Shown here piece after piece: positions 41,041 to 50,276 of a stretch of DNA of 64,000 nucleotides; the stretch's first letter is position 1; each line of letters starts with the position of its first letter. This DNA is from a virus (taxonomy: Duplodnaviria > Caudoviricetes). A program made the position numbers and the translations under genes. Below the pieces are notes generated by a model. The model was not told the origin of the DNA and searched no databases. It saw only the letters and a list, made by a program, of their open reading frames with translations. Where the stretch lies: IMG/VR virus record IMGVR_UViG_3300028888_000073, positions 1-64,000 of that record. One strand, given 5' to 3'.

Positions 41041-41055
41041 TAATCATCCCACCAA

Positions 41056-41274
41056 TCAATTATAGTTTAGTTTATCGAATAAACTTTCTGTAATATCTGC
41101 ATTCGGCATCATGCCGTGATCTCTCTGAAAGTTACACAGTGCTTTGATATATTTCTTATCCCGTTTATATGGAGTAGATTCATTTTCACTTAGATACCCT
41201 AATTTAATCAGCTTTTCCTGTATCCAGTTGATTCTAACTTTCATTGGCATATTTGAAAAACTTGTGTATTTCAT
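41056..41274 (-). CDS. Stand-alone peptidoglycan-binding domain protein
   Basis: WIQEKLIKLGY...ALCNFQRDHGM. Confidence 0.65.
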   Translation of the reverse strand: MKYTSFSNMPMKVRINWIQEKLIKLGYLSENESTPYKRDKKYIKALCNFQRDHGMMPNADITESLFDKLNYN

Positions 41275-41675
41275 TCTTCATCCTCCACATCAAAACAATA
41301 ATTACATGAAATATACACGATCTTATCTATAACCTTTTTAAGATTTTCAATGCACTTACAAACAAAGTCGTAAGACCTTTCAGAGATAATTGATTCGCAC
41401 TGCTTGATAAAAGATGTACACGCTTTATAAAATTCTTCACTAATCGCTCTGAGGTCGGATTCAGTTTCGCATGTACCATCAAGCAACTGCTCAATAACAG
41501 CATAGAATGTATTACACAGATTTTGATAATACTCATAAATCTTGTAATACACTGGTTGCTTTGTCAATTCACGCTTAATATCAATGAGGTAAACATCACT
41601 TCGTTTTTTGTATTTAATAACTAAATCTTCATCAACAAATAGATGCTTTACTTCCGGAGCATTAAGAAAAATCAT
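41271..41675 (-). CDS. Hypothetical protein
   Basis: Operon context. Confidence 0.55.
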   Translation of the reverse strand: MIFLNAPEVKHLFVDEDLVIKYKKRSDVYLIDIKRELTKQPVYYKIYEYYQNLCNTFYAVIEQLLDGTCETESDLRAISEEFYKACTSFIKQCESIISERSYDFVCKCIENLKKVIDKIVYISCNYCFDVEDEE

Positions 41676-41676
41676 A

Positions 41677-42384
41677 TTAATATCCCCTAACGATTAACTC
41701 TGATTTAATATCTCTCACCGCTGTAAGAATATCAGACAGATTTTTATCACCTCTTAGAAGATTCTCAACAATTGCGAGCGACTTCACAGCATTAGATCCG
41801 TTACGCTTACTAGATTTTCTGCTTAAACTTTCATCCATTTCTTCATCTTCATCATCCGGAAGCAGGTCATCCTTAAATTCATCAACATCAATTGCAACAT
41901 CATACAGTGATCCAGTAATGCCGATAATATTATTGAGTGTTTCTGCATCCTCTTCGTCAACAACTGCGGTCAGTGCTTCTGCGGAGTCAGCTACATCAAG
42001 AATATCATTGTACAGCTTATCAAGACCGTCTACTAGATTATCAGGTTCATCAGCGTAATCTTCTTCCGGATCAACAGTATCAAATTCTTCATCCTCTTCT
42101 ACAAGTCGCTTATCGTCATATACGTTTGACAGCATATTCAGAGTATTGATAGATTCATTGATTCTATTAACAACATCGTTTGTATTATCAACGCTGACCT
42201 TAATGCTATCAATTGTCTTACCCTTTTTGTCTGTAATAGACATCTGATACTTTGTAGCAGTGACAACGCCCTCTAGTGTCAGCATACCGCTAACAACACG
42301 GAATCTGTGATCTTTCGGATTCTTTGAAACCTTTGCAGTCACATTAGCTTTCTTAAAAACTTTAGCAAGAAACTCATTTGTCAT
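41677..42384 (-). CDS. Acidic putative head-internal/core protein
   Basis: Internal RINES, RLVEE, MDESLSRK motifs. Confidence 0.55.
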   Translation of the reverse strand: MTNEFLAKVFKKANVTAKVSKNPKDHRFRVVSGMLTLEGVVTATKYQMSITDKKGKTIDSIKVSVDNTNDVVNRINESINTLNMLSNVYDDKRLVEEDEEFDTVDPEEDYADEPDNLVDGLDKLYNDILDVADSAEALTAVVDEEDAETLNNIIGITGSLYDVAIDVDEFKDDLLPDDEDEEMDESLSRKSSKRNGSNAVKSLAIVENLLRGDKNLSDILTAVRDIKSELIVRGY

Positions 42385-42393
42385 ATTATTACC

Positions 42394-42699
42394 TCATTTC
42401 ATTTTTCTAAACTTATTCATCCAATACCATATGAAATACGACATAATATTCAATGAGAACTTCTTAGCTTCAATTCGCCGGAGTTCTCTATTGAATGTGT
42501 TATCATATGTGTAATTGGAAGAAATCTGAATTGTATAATCTCTGTTGAAACAAACAGATATATAATACTTATTTGTATAGAACTTTGCATATCTTCGTTT
42601 ATTAAACGCTTTCAAGATTGCGTAGTCTATTGTTGACCGTTTCAACTCTTTATCAGCACTCACATGAATCTGCTGATCGAATTCAAGTAGCGGTATCAT
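42394..42699 (-). CDS. Hypothetical protein (MIPLLE)
   Basis: AAGGTG RBS. Confidence 0.55.
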   Translation of the reverse strand: MIPLLEFDQQIHVSADKELKRSTIDYAILKAFNKRRYAKFYTNKYYISVCFNRDYTIQISSNYTYDNTFNRELRRIEAKKFSLNIMSYFIWYWMNKFRKMK

Positions 42700-42708
42700 A
42701 ACATCACC

Positions 42709-43071
42709 TTAAACATGAAACATATCAGGAAGAATTTGAGACAGAATGTATACAACTATACCTAGAACAACTAATTCAACAACTCGTTTCACAATATCAT
42801 TTACGTTCCTTGCTGTGTTTTTATCGCGTGAATTTTTTTCTTCCATTATTTTTGCGTCTAAATCTTCTTGCTTTTTCTTCATATCCTTTTGATCTGACTT
42901 CATATCTGCCATATCATCTTTCATAGTAGTGATATCTCGTGACATGATCTGAATGGACGTTGCGATAGTGTGAATATCCTCAACCTGATTTTCAACCTTA
43001 TCAAGTCTTGTTTCATAGGTGTTTAATCTTACCTCATGTTCGGCAAGTTTTTCATTCACTGTAGTATCCAT
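42709..43071 (-). CDS. XhlA-like coiled-coil membrane protein (holin-associated)
   Basis: Coiled coil plus a single C-terminal TM helix; next to the holin candidate. Confidence 0.65.
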   Translation of the reverse strand: MDTTVNEKLAEHEVRLNTYETRLDKVENQVEDIHTIATSIQIMSRDITTMKDDMADMKSDQKDMKKKQEDLDAKIMEEKNSRDKNTARNVNDIVKRVVELVVLGIVVYILSQILPDMFHV

Positions 43072-43112
43072 ATCAAGTTCTCCTTATTTATAATATTTTT
43101 TAGTAAAACGCA

Positions 43113-43505
43113 TTACGGTGTCTCTTTTGAATTCTTAATGTAATTCTCTATCGCCATTTTTACAAATGTGTCAACATCTCCGAATGACTCAACGATCTTC
43201 TTCCGATCATCATCTGTCAGCATATTTTCAATCGCAGTTGTCGTGTACTTAAATGCTTCTTCTTGTTTTGTCTTATCAAAGTTGTCAGAAAGTTTCAGGT
43301 CATCTACAAATGTTTGGTTTGTTGCTTCAACGCACAATTTCACAATATAATCAAGTTTATCAATTATAAGTTTCATTGTATCGTTATTCGTTTTTTGCTT
43401 CAACCGTTCAAGGAACACATGAAGCATTTGATATGCGAATACTAGCAACGCCGATACTAAGAGACAGCCAAAAACAGTAAGTACATTCATGACTATATCT
43501 TTCAT
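43113..43505 (-). CDS. Putative holin (LL-H-like)
   Basis: N-terminal TM helix; CVEATNQTFVDDLK...F...AF. Confidence 0.65.
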   Translation of the reverse strand: MKDIVMNVLTVFGCLLVSALLVFAYQMLHVFLERLKQKTNNDTMKLIIDKLDYIVKLCVEATNQTFVDDLKLSDNFDKTKQEEAFKYTTTAIENMLTDDDRKKIVESFGDVDTFVKMAIENYIKNSKETP

Positions 43506-43520
43506 AGTAAACTTCCTTTC

Positions 43521-43961
43521 TTATTTTAACATATCAGAAACTTCATCATTTATAGACTGAACGTAAATAGTTGTTTGGAATGATACAGTACAGTTTTCAC
43601 AACCACATCTAACTGTCAGCGTGTTCAGTCCGGTCATTGTAAAATCCTTAAAAACAGGAACACATAGAATCTGCCCTCTGCTAGCATTGAGTATTTCAAG
43701 TGTTCCTGTGAATTTTATTGTCTGTAAATCAGTGTTTGTTATACAAGCAGTCAGTTGACAATTTTCACCTAAATCAAAATAAGAGTGTCGTATCCGACTT
43801 GTATCATCACTGTTAGCATTTGCAATAAATTTCGGAGATTCATGCAACTCAAATATAATATCCGGAAAATTATTCGTCAATCCCTTTTGAACAGTTATTG
43901 ATCTTCCGACTGCAATTGGAGAATTATTAATATTGATTGGAATGTAAATCACTTCAATCAC
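43521..43961 (-). CDS. BppU-N-like beta-sandwich protein
   Basis: LEILNASRGQI pattern; weak. Confidence 0.35.
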   Translation of the reverse strand: MIEVIYIPININNSPIAVGRSITVQKGLTNNFPDIIFELHESPKFIANANSDDTSRIRHSYFDLGENCQLTACITNTDLQTIKFTGTLEILNASRGQILCVPVFKDFTMTGLNTLTVRCGCENCTVSFQTTIYVQSINDEVSDMLK

Positions 43962-44016
43962 CTCTATCTGAAAACATCTTCATAAATAAATGTCTAACAA
44001 AATAGGATTTTTTGTG

Positions 44017-44256
44017 TTATTTATAACTTTTTTGAGTATCCTTATCAGTTGAATTCATAATTGATTTTCTCTTACCGCCAATATGCTCAAATAAAATAAC
44101 AAGCGCATACTTATTACAAAGTTTTTCATAAAAAGCTACTGCGTCATCGTAAATGTCAAACTTCTTTTTCTTCTTTGGTTGATTTGTTTTATCTACATCA
44201 TCCCACGCCATTACATAGAAATAATGAGTATTTTTATCATCGTGTAGTACAATCAT
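44017..44256 (-). CDS. Hypothetical protein
   Basis: GGGAG RBS. Confidence 0.55.
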   Translation of the reverse strand: MIVLHDDKNTHYFYVMAWDDVDKTNQPKKKKKFDIYDDAVAFYEKLCNKYALVILFEHIGGKRKSIMNSTDKDTQKSYK

Positions 44257-44288
44257 TACATCACTCTCCCTTATATGGTTTCATATCA

Positions 44289-45137
44289 TCACATTATAAC
44301 ATCTCTCCAACTGTCCGCCCAATCCGGAATCTGAATATATGTGCCTTTTATATTCTTCCACCGATAATCATCAAAACTGCCGTCAAGATAATCTGTTGCA
44401 TCAACTGAATCTCTCCAACCCTCAATGGAGTCATCATACACAATATAAGCATTATATACAATATATTCATAAGCATCTGAATAGATTAGCTCTGTTATGT
44501 TTCTTAACTTAATTGCTTCGATTGCGTCTGCATACATTCCATCAAAAACATATGCCTTTCCATCAGACTCAGCAAATAATGCTTCACCCTCATTATCGTC
44601 AAGCCATGACATATTGTAGTAGAATTCTTCCATGTCATCTTCATAGTATTCTGGATGTTCGTTATATGTCTGAATAGTTGTTGCAGATGCCGCCATTGGA
44701 AACTGTTTGTTATATAGTAAATCTATAATAAACTGTTTTGCTTCATTCTTTGATCCTAGAATTGTAACATCTGTTTTTACGTTTGATTCTGGACTTCTAA
44801 GTGAAATATACGGCATACTGACAGCGGACTTTCTCGATAATGGCTTCTTTGGGCATCTCGGAATAAAAATACCGTTTTTTACCATTTCATTCATCTTATA
44901 CTTTCTAACATCATCTTTTTTAATATCTTTCCAATTTATAGGCTTTTTAGGCTTCTTACCAAAATAGTAAATACCGTTATCATCTAATCCTGTATCACTA
45001 TATGCTGTTTTAGATGCAACACATGCGGTATCTTCTGCTATAGACAGGATAAGTCGTTCAGTCGGTTCTAACTTTCCGTTTCTGTATTTCTTCGAGTCGT
45101 TTCTAAACGACTTAGTTATTTTAACATTACGTGCCAC
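44289..45137 (-). CDS. Chimeric protein with a degenerate YafQ/RelE-like N-terminus
   Basis: GTG start after GGAG: MARNVKITKSFRNDSKKY...AYSDTGL; directly downstream of a DinJ-like remnant. Confidence 0.45.
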   Translation of the reverse strand: MARNVKITKSFRNDSKKYRNGKLEPTERLILSIAEDTACVASKTAYSDTGLDDNGIYYFGKKPKKPINWKDIKKDDVRKYKMNEMVKNGIFIPRCPKKPLSRKSAVSMPYISLRSPESNVKTDVTILGSKNEAKQFIIDLLYNKQFPMAASATTIQTYNEHPEYYEDDMEEFYYNMSWLDDNEGEALFAESDGKAYVFDGMYADAIEAIKLRNITELIYSDAYEYIVYNAYIVYDDSIEGWRDSVDATDYLDGSFDDYRWKNIKGTYIQIPDWADSWRDVIM

Positions 45138-45351
45138 AAATATCACTCCACATATCATCAAATGTTTTATATGTTTTTGTTTTTATTTTTCCGGATGCAA
45201 TGTCTCTCGCTTCTTTCATTGCATCCAATATTTCTTGATTTGGAATAAACTCTGATCCGTAATTATCATCATTTTCGGAATCTCTGATCTTAACTGCTAC
45301 TCTTTCCTCCTCTATAATTTCAGAGGAAGGATTTTAATTAAATATCTTCAT
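45127..45351 (-). pseudogene. RelB/DinJ-antitoxin-like ORF with a nonsense codon at position 6
   Basis: MKIFN*NPSS...FIPNQEILDAMKEARDIASGKIKTKTYKTFDDMWSDI. Confidence 0.6.
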
Positions 45352-45390
45352 AAAACACATCCTACGTAAATTTATATAAATACCCGTATA

Positions 45391-46725
45391 TTATATGATT
45401 GTGCAATTTATCTGCACTAAACCTAAATTCTTATCATAGAGGAATGAATATGATCGTTTCACTGCGCCGACATACCCACAATCGCTGTGCCATGAATCCG
45501 CACATGTAACACTAGGTAGCCATCTGAAAATAACTCCGCCGTTTTCCTCTACTTTTTCAGAATGATAATGTGCTAGATGATATTCTCTGTAGGTAGATTC
45601 TCCCCACTCTTTAGAGCATTCAACACTCATTAGGTGCGGAAGATTCTGTTTCTTTTCGTAATAGCTATGAGCAAAACCTAGAAGATTTGTACCGTAATGC
45701 AGATAATATCTAGGTTTCAGATTAACATCAATTTCCACATTCTTGTTATTTCTAAACCATGCTTCAAGATAGCACGTTGCATAGAAATCAACTTGTCTGC
45801 TATGGTTAGATGCAATATAGAATGTCTTTACGGGTGCGTACTGACTTAATATATCAAGTGCTGTTACAAGAATCTCACATCCGGTAAGAAACAGCTTTGT
45901 CCACTTCGTATCATTGTCTTGAGGTGTTCCGCCTGTAGTTGATCCGGAAATACCATCAGAATTAAAGAAATCATTTGTCCATACAAAAATGATCTGGTCA
46001 ATCTCATCCTTAATCTTATCAAGTCTTTCACATTCATCATCAATTACTTTGAAGAACCTCTCTTTTGCTATCTCAGTGTTATATGCTTCACCCGTTTCTT
46101 CCTCAAAAGCCAGTTTACCCAAATGTAAGTCAGCGATATTAACCTCATACAGATAATGTCTATTCTTAGACTTTGTGTACTTAGAAACTCTCGGTGTGTA
46201 TTTGCATTGCAGTTCATTGAAGTGCTTCTTAATATCTTCAATGCTGACAGCATCCTTAATAGGCTTTGCTGTGATCTTACTCTGATACAGCGTTAAAAGC
46301 TGACCGCCCTTTTTCTGCTGTTGCCAGTAATTGTTTTTACAACTGATTATTTCCCACTTACTAGGATCAAGCCCATGTGCAGTGAGAATATTGACCGGAG
46401 TTAAATCCTGACCTTTTTGTAGTGCAATGATTCTATCAAACGCAACACTTCCGTCAGACTTATACTCAACATAATTTGCATTTGTTGGAGTATCACTATT
46501 TTGAACATCTTCCTCAGTTACATCAAGAATACCGCCGTTTCTCTTAATATATCTATCAACTCTTGACCGGATACATGTATATGTCAAATCATTGTACTTT
46601 TCATAGAGTTCTTTCTTGGCTGTCAATGGGGATTTACCATCCTTCAGCTTTTCTTCAAGATCATGGAAAAAATCGGATTCACTGTAAATTGTCTCAGTGT
46701 TCAAAATAATCAACCTCCATACCAA
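45391..46725 (-). CDS. Calcineurin-like metallophosphoesterase
   Basis: DLHLGK, NDFFN, SNH, FAHS, HLAHYH motifs. Confidence 0.85.
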   Translation of the reverse strand: MVWRLIILNTETIYSESDFFHDLEEKLKDGKSPLTAKKELYEKYNDLTYTCIRSRVDRYIKRNGGILDVTEEDVQNSDTPTNANYVEYKSDGSVAFDRIIALQKGQDLTPVNILTAHGLDPSKWEIISCKNNYWQQQKKGGQLLTLYQSKITAKPIKDAVSIEDIKKHFNELQCKYTPRVSKYTKSKNRHYLYEVNIADLHLGKLAFEEETGEAYNTEIAKERFFKVIDDECERLDKIKDEIDQIIFVWTNDFFNSDGISGSTTGGTPQDNDTKWTKLFLTGCEILVTALDILSQYAPVKTFYIASNHSRQVDFYATCYLEAWFRNNKNVEIDVNLKPRYYLHYGTNLLGFAHSYYEKKQNLPHLMSVECSKEWGESTYREYHLAHYHSEKVEENGGVIFRWLPSVTCADSWHSDCGYVGAVKRSYSFLYDKNLGLVQINCTII

Positions 46726-46813
46726 GTTCTTATATTTATAATGTGATTTGCATAAATTATTTTATTTGGAAAACCAATATAAAATTGGTTAGTGCCTATA
46801 ACTACTCATTTAT

Positions 46814-46842
46814 AGTATATCATATTTTTATGAAAAAGTCAA
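46814..46842 (-). promoter_or_regulatory. sigmaA-type promoter
   Basis: TTGACT-17 nt-TATACT; preceded by the terminator at 46853-46893. Confidence 0.75.
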
Positions 46843-46852
46843 GTGTTTTCGT

Positions 46853-46893
46853 AAAAAAAATATGTGCCAGTGTATAAAAACACACTGGCACAT
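46853..46893 (-). terminator. Intrinsic terminator after the PemK-domain gene
   Basis: TATGTGCCAGTGT/ACACTGGCACATA stem plus a T run on the - strand. Confidence 0.8.
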
Positions 46894-46907
46894 AACATAA
46901 TGCATAA

Positions 46908-48098
46908 TCACTTAACGGATTCTTTCATATTGAACTTTTTACGATTGCGTGTAATAAAGTTATAAACCTGTTTTGATGTCTTAAAGCCATACTTCTTGTA
47001 CTTCTTGATGAATTCGGTAGCACTATGAGCATCATAATAAGAAATTGCCTGTCTGATCATAGAATCATTATTCGGAAACTTCACGCACATATTATGCTTC
47101 TTCTTCTCAGGCTTTGGAGTCTGTGTGGAAGTCTTATCCGTACTTTCCGACTTAGACTTTGTTTCAACTTTCTTGTTTTCCATGATTGCATACTTGTATC
47201 TAGCGTCACAAGCCTTTTTTGGTGTATCAATACCGTACTTAGAATACTTCTCAACAAGTTCAGCAGTTTTCATTGTCTCACAATCTTTCAGGAATACAAG
47301 TCTCTCGTTGTGAGTAAAAGGTGTACGGCGATTGAACTTCTTAGGCTTGTCTGTTTTTTGAACATCAGAAACATCAGTTTCAGGCTCATTCTTAACATCT
47401 TCAACATTTGTCGTGGACGGTTCTTTGTTCTGATTACCTACATACTGTGCAAGTGCCTGTGAAATTACAGCAAAAGATTTAACAAGTTCTTCCATTCCAT
47501 CAATCTTAATTGTTTGTGTAGTCGGTGCAATTGTTGCAGTCGGTGCTTTGACTTCTTCCACGACCTCCGGAACAGTTGTAACTGTTTCAGAATCTTCCAC
47601 ATCATCATACACGTTTTCAATGTTTTCAACTTTGTTGTACTCAGCCACAGGTTTTACTTCAACCGTTTGTGTGCCGACCTTCTGATACTTTTTTTCAAGT
47701 TCAAACTGCCGAATAATTCCGGCATCAACCTTATCCATAATATCATCTGTAATGTTTCTTGTGTTAGATTCGCTATAAGATGAAGAATTACAGTAAATCT
47801 TATCCACAAGCATGATTGAACTGATATCAATGATGTAATCGTTTCCGTACTTTCCCTTGTACTGAATGAAATACCACTTCTCAGAGTTCTTCTGAACATC
47901 ATGGTCAGTTTTCAGTGGAGCAACATGAATAAGCTGACTATAGGTATTGCAAAGATTGTTTGAGATCACAATATAAGGTCTTGATTTCTTGATTCCATTA
48001 TTGCACGGGACTCCTTGCTTTGAGGAAGGTTCATCAATAAAAAAGACCATTCCACGCTTTACCTGAAACACAGGCTCTTTTGATTTTTGCAGTTGCAT
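46908..48098 (-). CDS. PemK/MazF-domain protein with two C-terminal helical repeats
   Basis: VKRGMVFF...KSRPYIVISNNLCN...IHVAPL; start MQLQKS after AAGGAGG. Confidence 0.75.
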   Translation of the reverse strand: MQLQKSKEPVFQVKRGMVFFIDEPSSKQGVPCNNGIKKSRPYIVISNNLCNTYSQLIHVAPLKTDHDVQKNSEKWYFIQYKGKYGNDYIIDISSIMLVDKIYCNSSSYSESNTRNITDDIMDKVDAGIIRQFELEKKYQKVGTQTVEVKPVAEYNKVENIENVYDDVEDSETVTTVPEVVEEVKAPTATIAPTTQTIKIDGMEELVKSFAVISQALAQYVGNQNKEPSTTNVEDVKNEPETDVSDVQKTDKPKKFNRRTPFTHNERLVFLKDCETMKTAELVEKYSKYGIDTPKKACDARYKYAIMENKKVETKSKSESTDKTSTQTPKPEKKKHNMCVKFPNNDSMIRQAISYYDAHSATEFIKKYKKYGFKTSKQVYNFITRNRKKFNMKESVK

Positions 48099-48448
48099 AC
48101 TATTTTCCTCCTTAATTGTTAAATGTTTTAACGTGCCAATAATTTTTGTTTTATATCCTGCTCTCCTAAACATGCCTATGTGCTTATGAAGAACTTGATA
48201 TACAAATAATAGTAATACTTATTATTTTACTATACATATATCTTTTTTATTTATTGCTTATTATGTATTGCGTATATATAATATATAATAAGGGAAAATT
48301 TTATTACCTTTGCTTTAGTAAACTAAAGTGATGTTTTTGTATAGTAAAATACTAGCAGATGCTTTATTTTCGATATAAATTGTTGAAAACTTTTTTAGTT
48401 TTATATTGTAGCAATAATCTTACACTGATTTCAGAAAATTTGCTCCAT

Positions 48449-48573
48449 AGTGTAAAATTTTGTTACACTTGTGGTATCACGTATTTACGTGAATTTTGAT
48501 ATGTTAGCTATATCTCACCAGTGTAACATTATTTTACCTTATAGACTGCCACAGTGTAAAATAAAGTTACATT
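48449..48573. repeat. Three AGTGTAA-N7-TTAC palindromes in an AT-rich non-coding region
   Basis: 48449-48469 perfect; 48520-48540 and 48553-48573 near-perfect; extra half-site at 48420-48426. Confidence 0.7.
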
Positions 48574-48605
48574 GAGTATAGACAAAAGTTTATCAGTAAT
48601 GTTTA

Positions 48606-48980
48606 TTATCTTTTGTCATTTATACGATTTACTCTGTTCACTTCTTTTGTCACGATTGCGGTCATTCTTCTGATTCTTTCCTCTTCAATTGGCGGGATGT
48701 ATGGCGATCTTACCTGCGGAGGCGTATACTCATTAAATGTGTTACCATTTCTTCTAATGATTCTGGGCTTACATGTGGTTGCTAAAAATGCAAACACACA
48801 GCACAGACCAATACAGCCGATAGATTTAATATCACCATCTGTAGTACCTCTCGTATAGTATACAAACACTCCCACAAGGCTTGCAAAGAATCCAATGGTG
48901 AATATTGTTTCTAAAAGTCTATACATGTCATCTACCTCCCGTTCTATAGTTTCCATATCGGATAAGTCCAATAGATACAA
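48606..48980 (-). CDS. Small membrane protein
   Basis: Two TM segments; likely start MYRLL after GGGAGG. Confidence 0.6.
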   Translation of the reverse strand: MYLLDLSDMETIEREVDDMYRLLETIFTIGFFASLVGVFVYYTRGTTDGDIKSIGCIGLCCVFAFLATTCKPRIIRRNGNTFNEYTPPQVRSPYIPPIEEERIRRMTAIVTKEVNRVNRINDKR

Positions 48981-49128
48981 TCAATACAAGCAGTTCCGGC
49001 TTTGTTATAGTTATATCTGTTTTTCCGCCGAAATACATTGCATATATGATCAGCGACAATGCACCGATTCCTGTACAGAATTCACCGAAACGATACCCTA
49101 AATATTGGACTTTGTTCTTAAATTTCAT
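48928..49128 (-). CDS. Small membrane protein
   Basis: Start MKFKNK; two hydrophobic segments. Confidence 0.55.
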   Translation of the reverse strand: MKFKNKVQYLGYRFGEFCTGIGALSLIIYAMYFGGKTDITITKPELLVLIVSIGLIRYGNYRTGGR

Positions 49129-49148
49129 TTTTATCGCCTTTCTTTCTG

Positions 49149-49186
49149 TACAAACATAGTATAACATATTTCAATCTTTATGTCAA
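49149..49186 (-). promoter_or_regulatory. sigmaA-type early promoter
   Basis: TTGACA-17 nt-TATACT. Confidence 0.8.
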
Positions 49187-49234
49187 TACGTTATACCATA
49201 TTTTGTTTAACTACACATATTTTCGTGCTACTTT

Positions 49235-49444
49235 TTATCTCTTTTTGTACATATATAATGCCTTTGCATCATTGGCATAGATGTTTACATTCGATACAGT
49301 CTTTGAGAACGTAGCACATCTAATGAAGTCTCTAGTCTGTTCGCTCATTTCTGTTTCTGTCGTAAAATCTCCGTCTTCAAACTTAACGAAAAGAACTCCG
49401 CAATCATTTTCTCTTATCACAAGAGAGATATCAGAATCGTACAT
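49235..49444 (-). CDS. Hypothetical early protein
   Basis: AGGGGGG RBS; follows a promoter. Confidence 0.6.
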   Translation of the reverse strand: MYDSDISLVIRENDCGVLFVKFEDGDFTTETEMSEQTRDFIRCATFSKTVSNVNIYANDAKALYMYKKR

Positions 49445-49464
49445 CGGAATTAACCCCCCTTTCT

Positions 49465-49559
49465 AAATATAGTATATCATATTTTCAATGAAATGTCAAG
49501 TAGTTTGCAGAAAATTTTTTGAATTTACTATTGACTTTTTTAGTAAGATGTGATATAAT
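49465..49559. promoter_or_regulatory. Back-to-back divergent sigmaA promoters
   Basis: - strand TTGACA(49499)-17-TATACT; + strand TTGACT(49531)-17-TATAAT. Confidence 0.8.
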
Positions 49560-49579
49560 ATACACAAAGAGGTGATCAT

Positions 49580-49864
49580 ATGATAGATAAGTATTCTGAA
49601 CTTAGGTTATTTCTGACTTCAATTGGAATGTTGCAAACATCTTACTATTCATATGCCGCAACAATTCCATCTGATAAGTATAGAACCGTTGATGTAACAT
49701 TTGATATTGTAAGCGGCACGTTACACATTATTTACCCTGATATTGAATATAATAAGCAGAATCCGTATAGTCCTAAAAAGAATAATGTCAAGGTTATCAC
49801 AAATCCGGAAGATTTTGAAGTATGCAAGCATACGATCTTGAAAGCAATAAATAACTTTGTGTGA
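49580..49864 (+). CDS. Hypothetical protein
   Basis: GAGG RBS; follows the + strand promoter. Confidence 0.65.
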   Translation: MIDKYSELRLFLTSIGMLQTSYYSYAATIPSDKYRTVDVTFDIVSGTLHIIYPDIEYNKQNPYSPKKNNVKVITNPEDFEVCKHTILKAINNFV

Positions 49865-49873
49865 GGAATTATT

Positions 49874-50227
49874 ATGCTAGTTAAATATATTGAGAATAGA
49901 GATATTGTCGTGGCACATATTGTAAGATGTGATGTTGTACGGTCACTTGATGATGAAGATAATGTATATTTGTTGAGATTGTTCACGCAGGACTTCGGAG
50001 ATGTTGTTCTGTGTAAGTCAACATATAATAATTGCTTGGATGCATTGACTGAGTTATATGATCATGAAAAACTTGATCTATCATGCAATGCTAACTTTGA
50101 AGTAGAAGTTATGAATGTATTCAGTCCAGAGATGCTGTTTTCGCTAGATGATGATGTAACTGATATTGATATTGAAAGTCTGTATCCGGATTTTGATGAC
50201 GATGATGACTACGATGATGAATATTAA
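49874..50227 (+). CDS. Hypothetical protein with an acidic tail
   Basis: GAGG RBS. Confidence 0.65.
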   Translation: MLVKYIENRDIVVAHIVRCDVVRSLDDEDNVYLLRLFTQDFGDVVLCKSTYNNCLDALTELYDHEKLDLSCNANFEVEVMNVFSPEMLFSLDDDVTDIDIESLYPDFDDDDDYDDEY

Positions 50228-50239
50228 TTTAATTAAAAT

Positions 50240-50272
50240 AAAGGCATTCTACTATTACATAGAATGCCTTTA
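50240..50272. terminator. Bidirectional terminator
   Basis: TAAAGGCATTCTA/TAGAATGCCTTTA between convergent genes. Confidence 0.75.
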
Positions 50273-50276
50273 CTAT

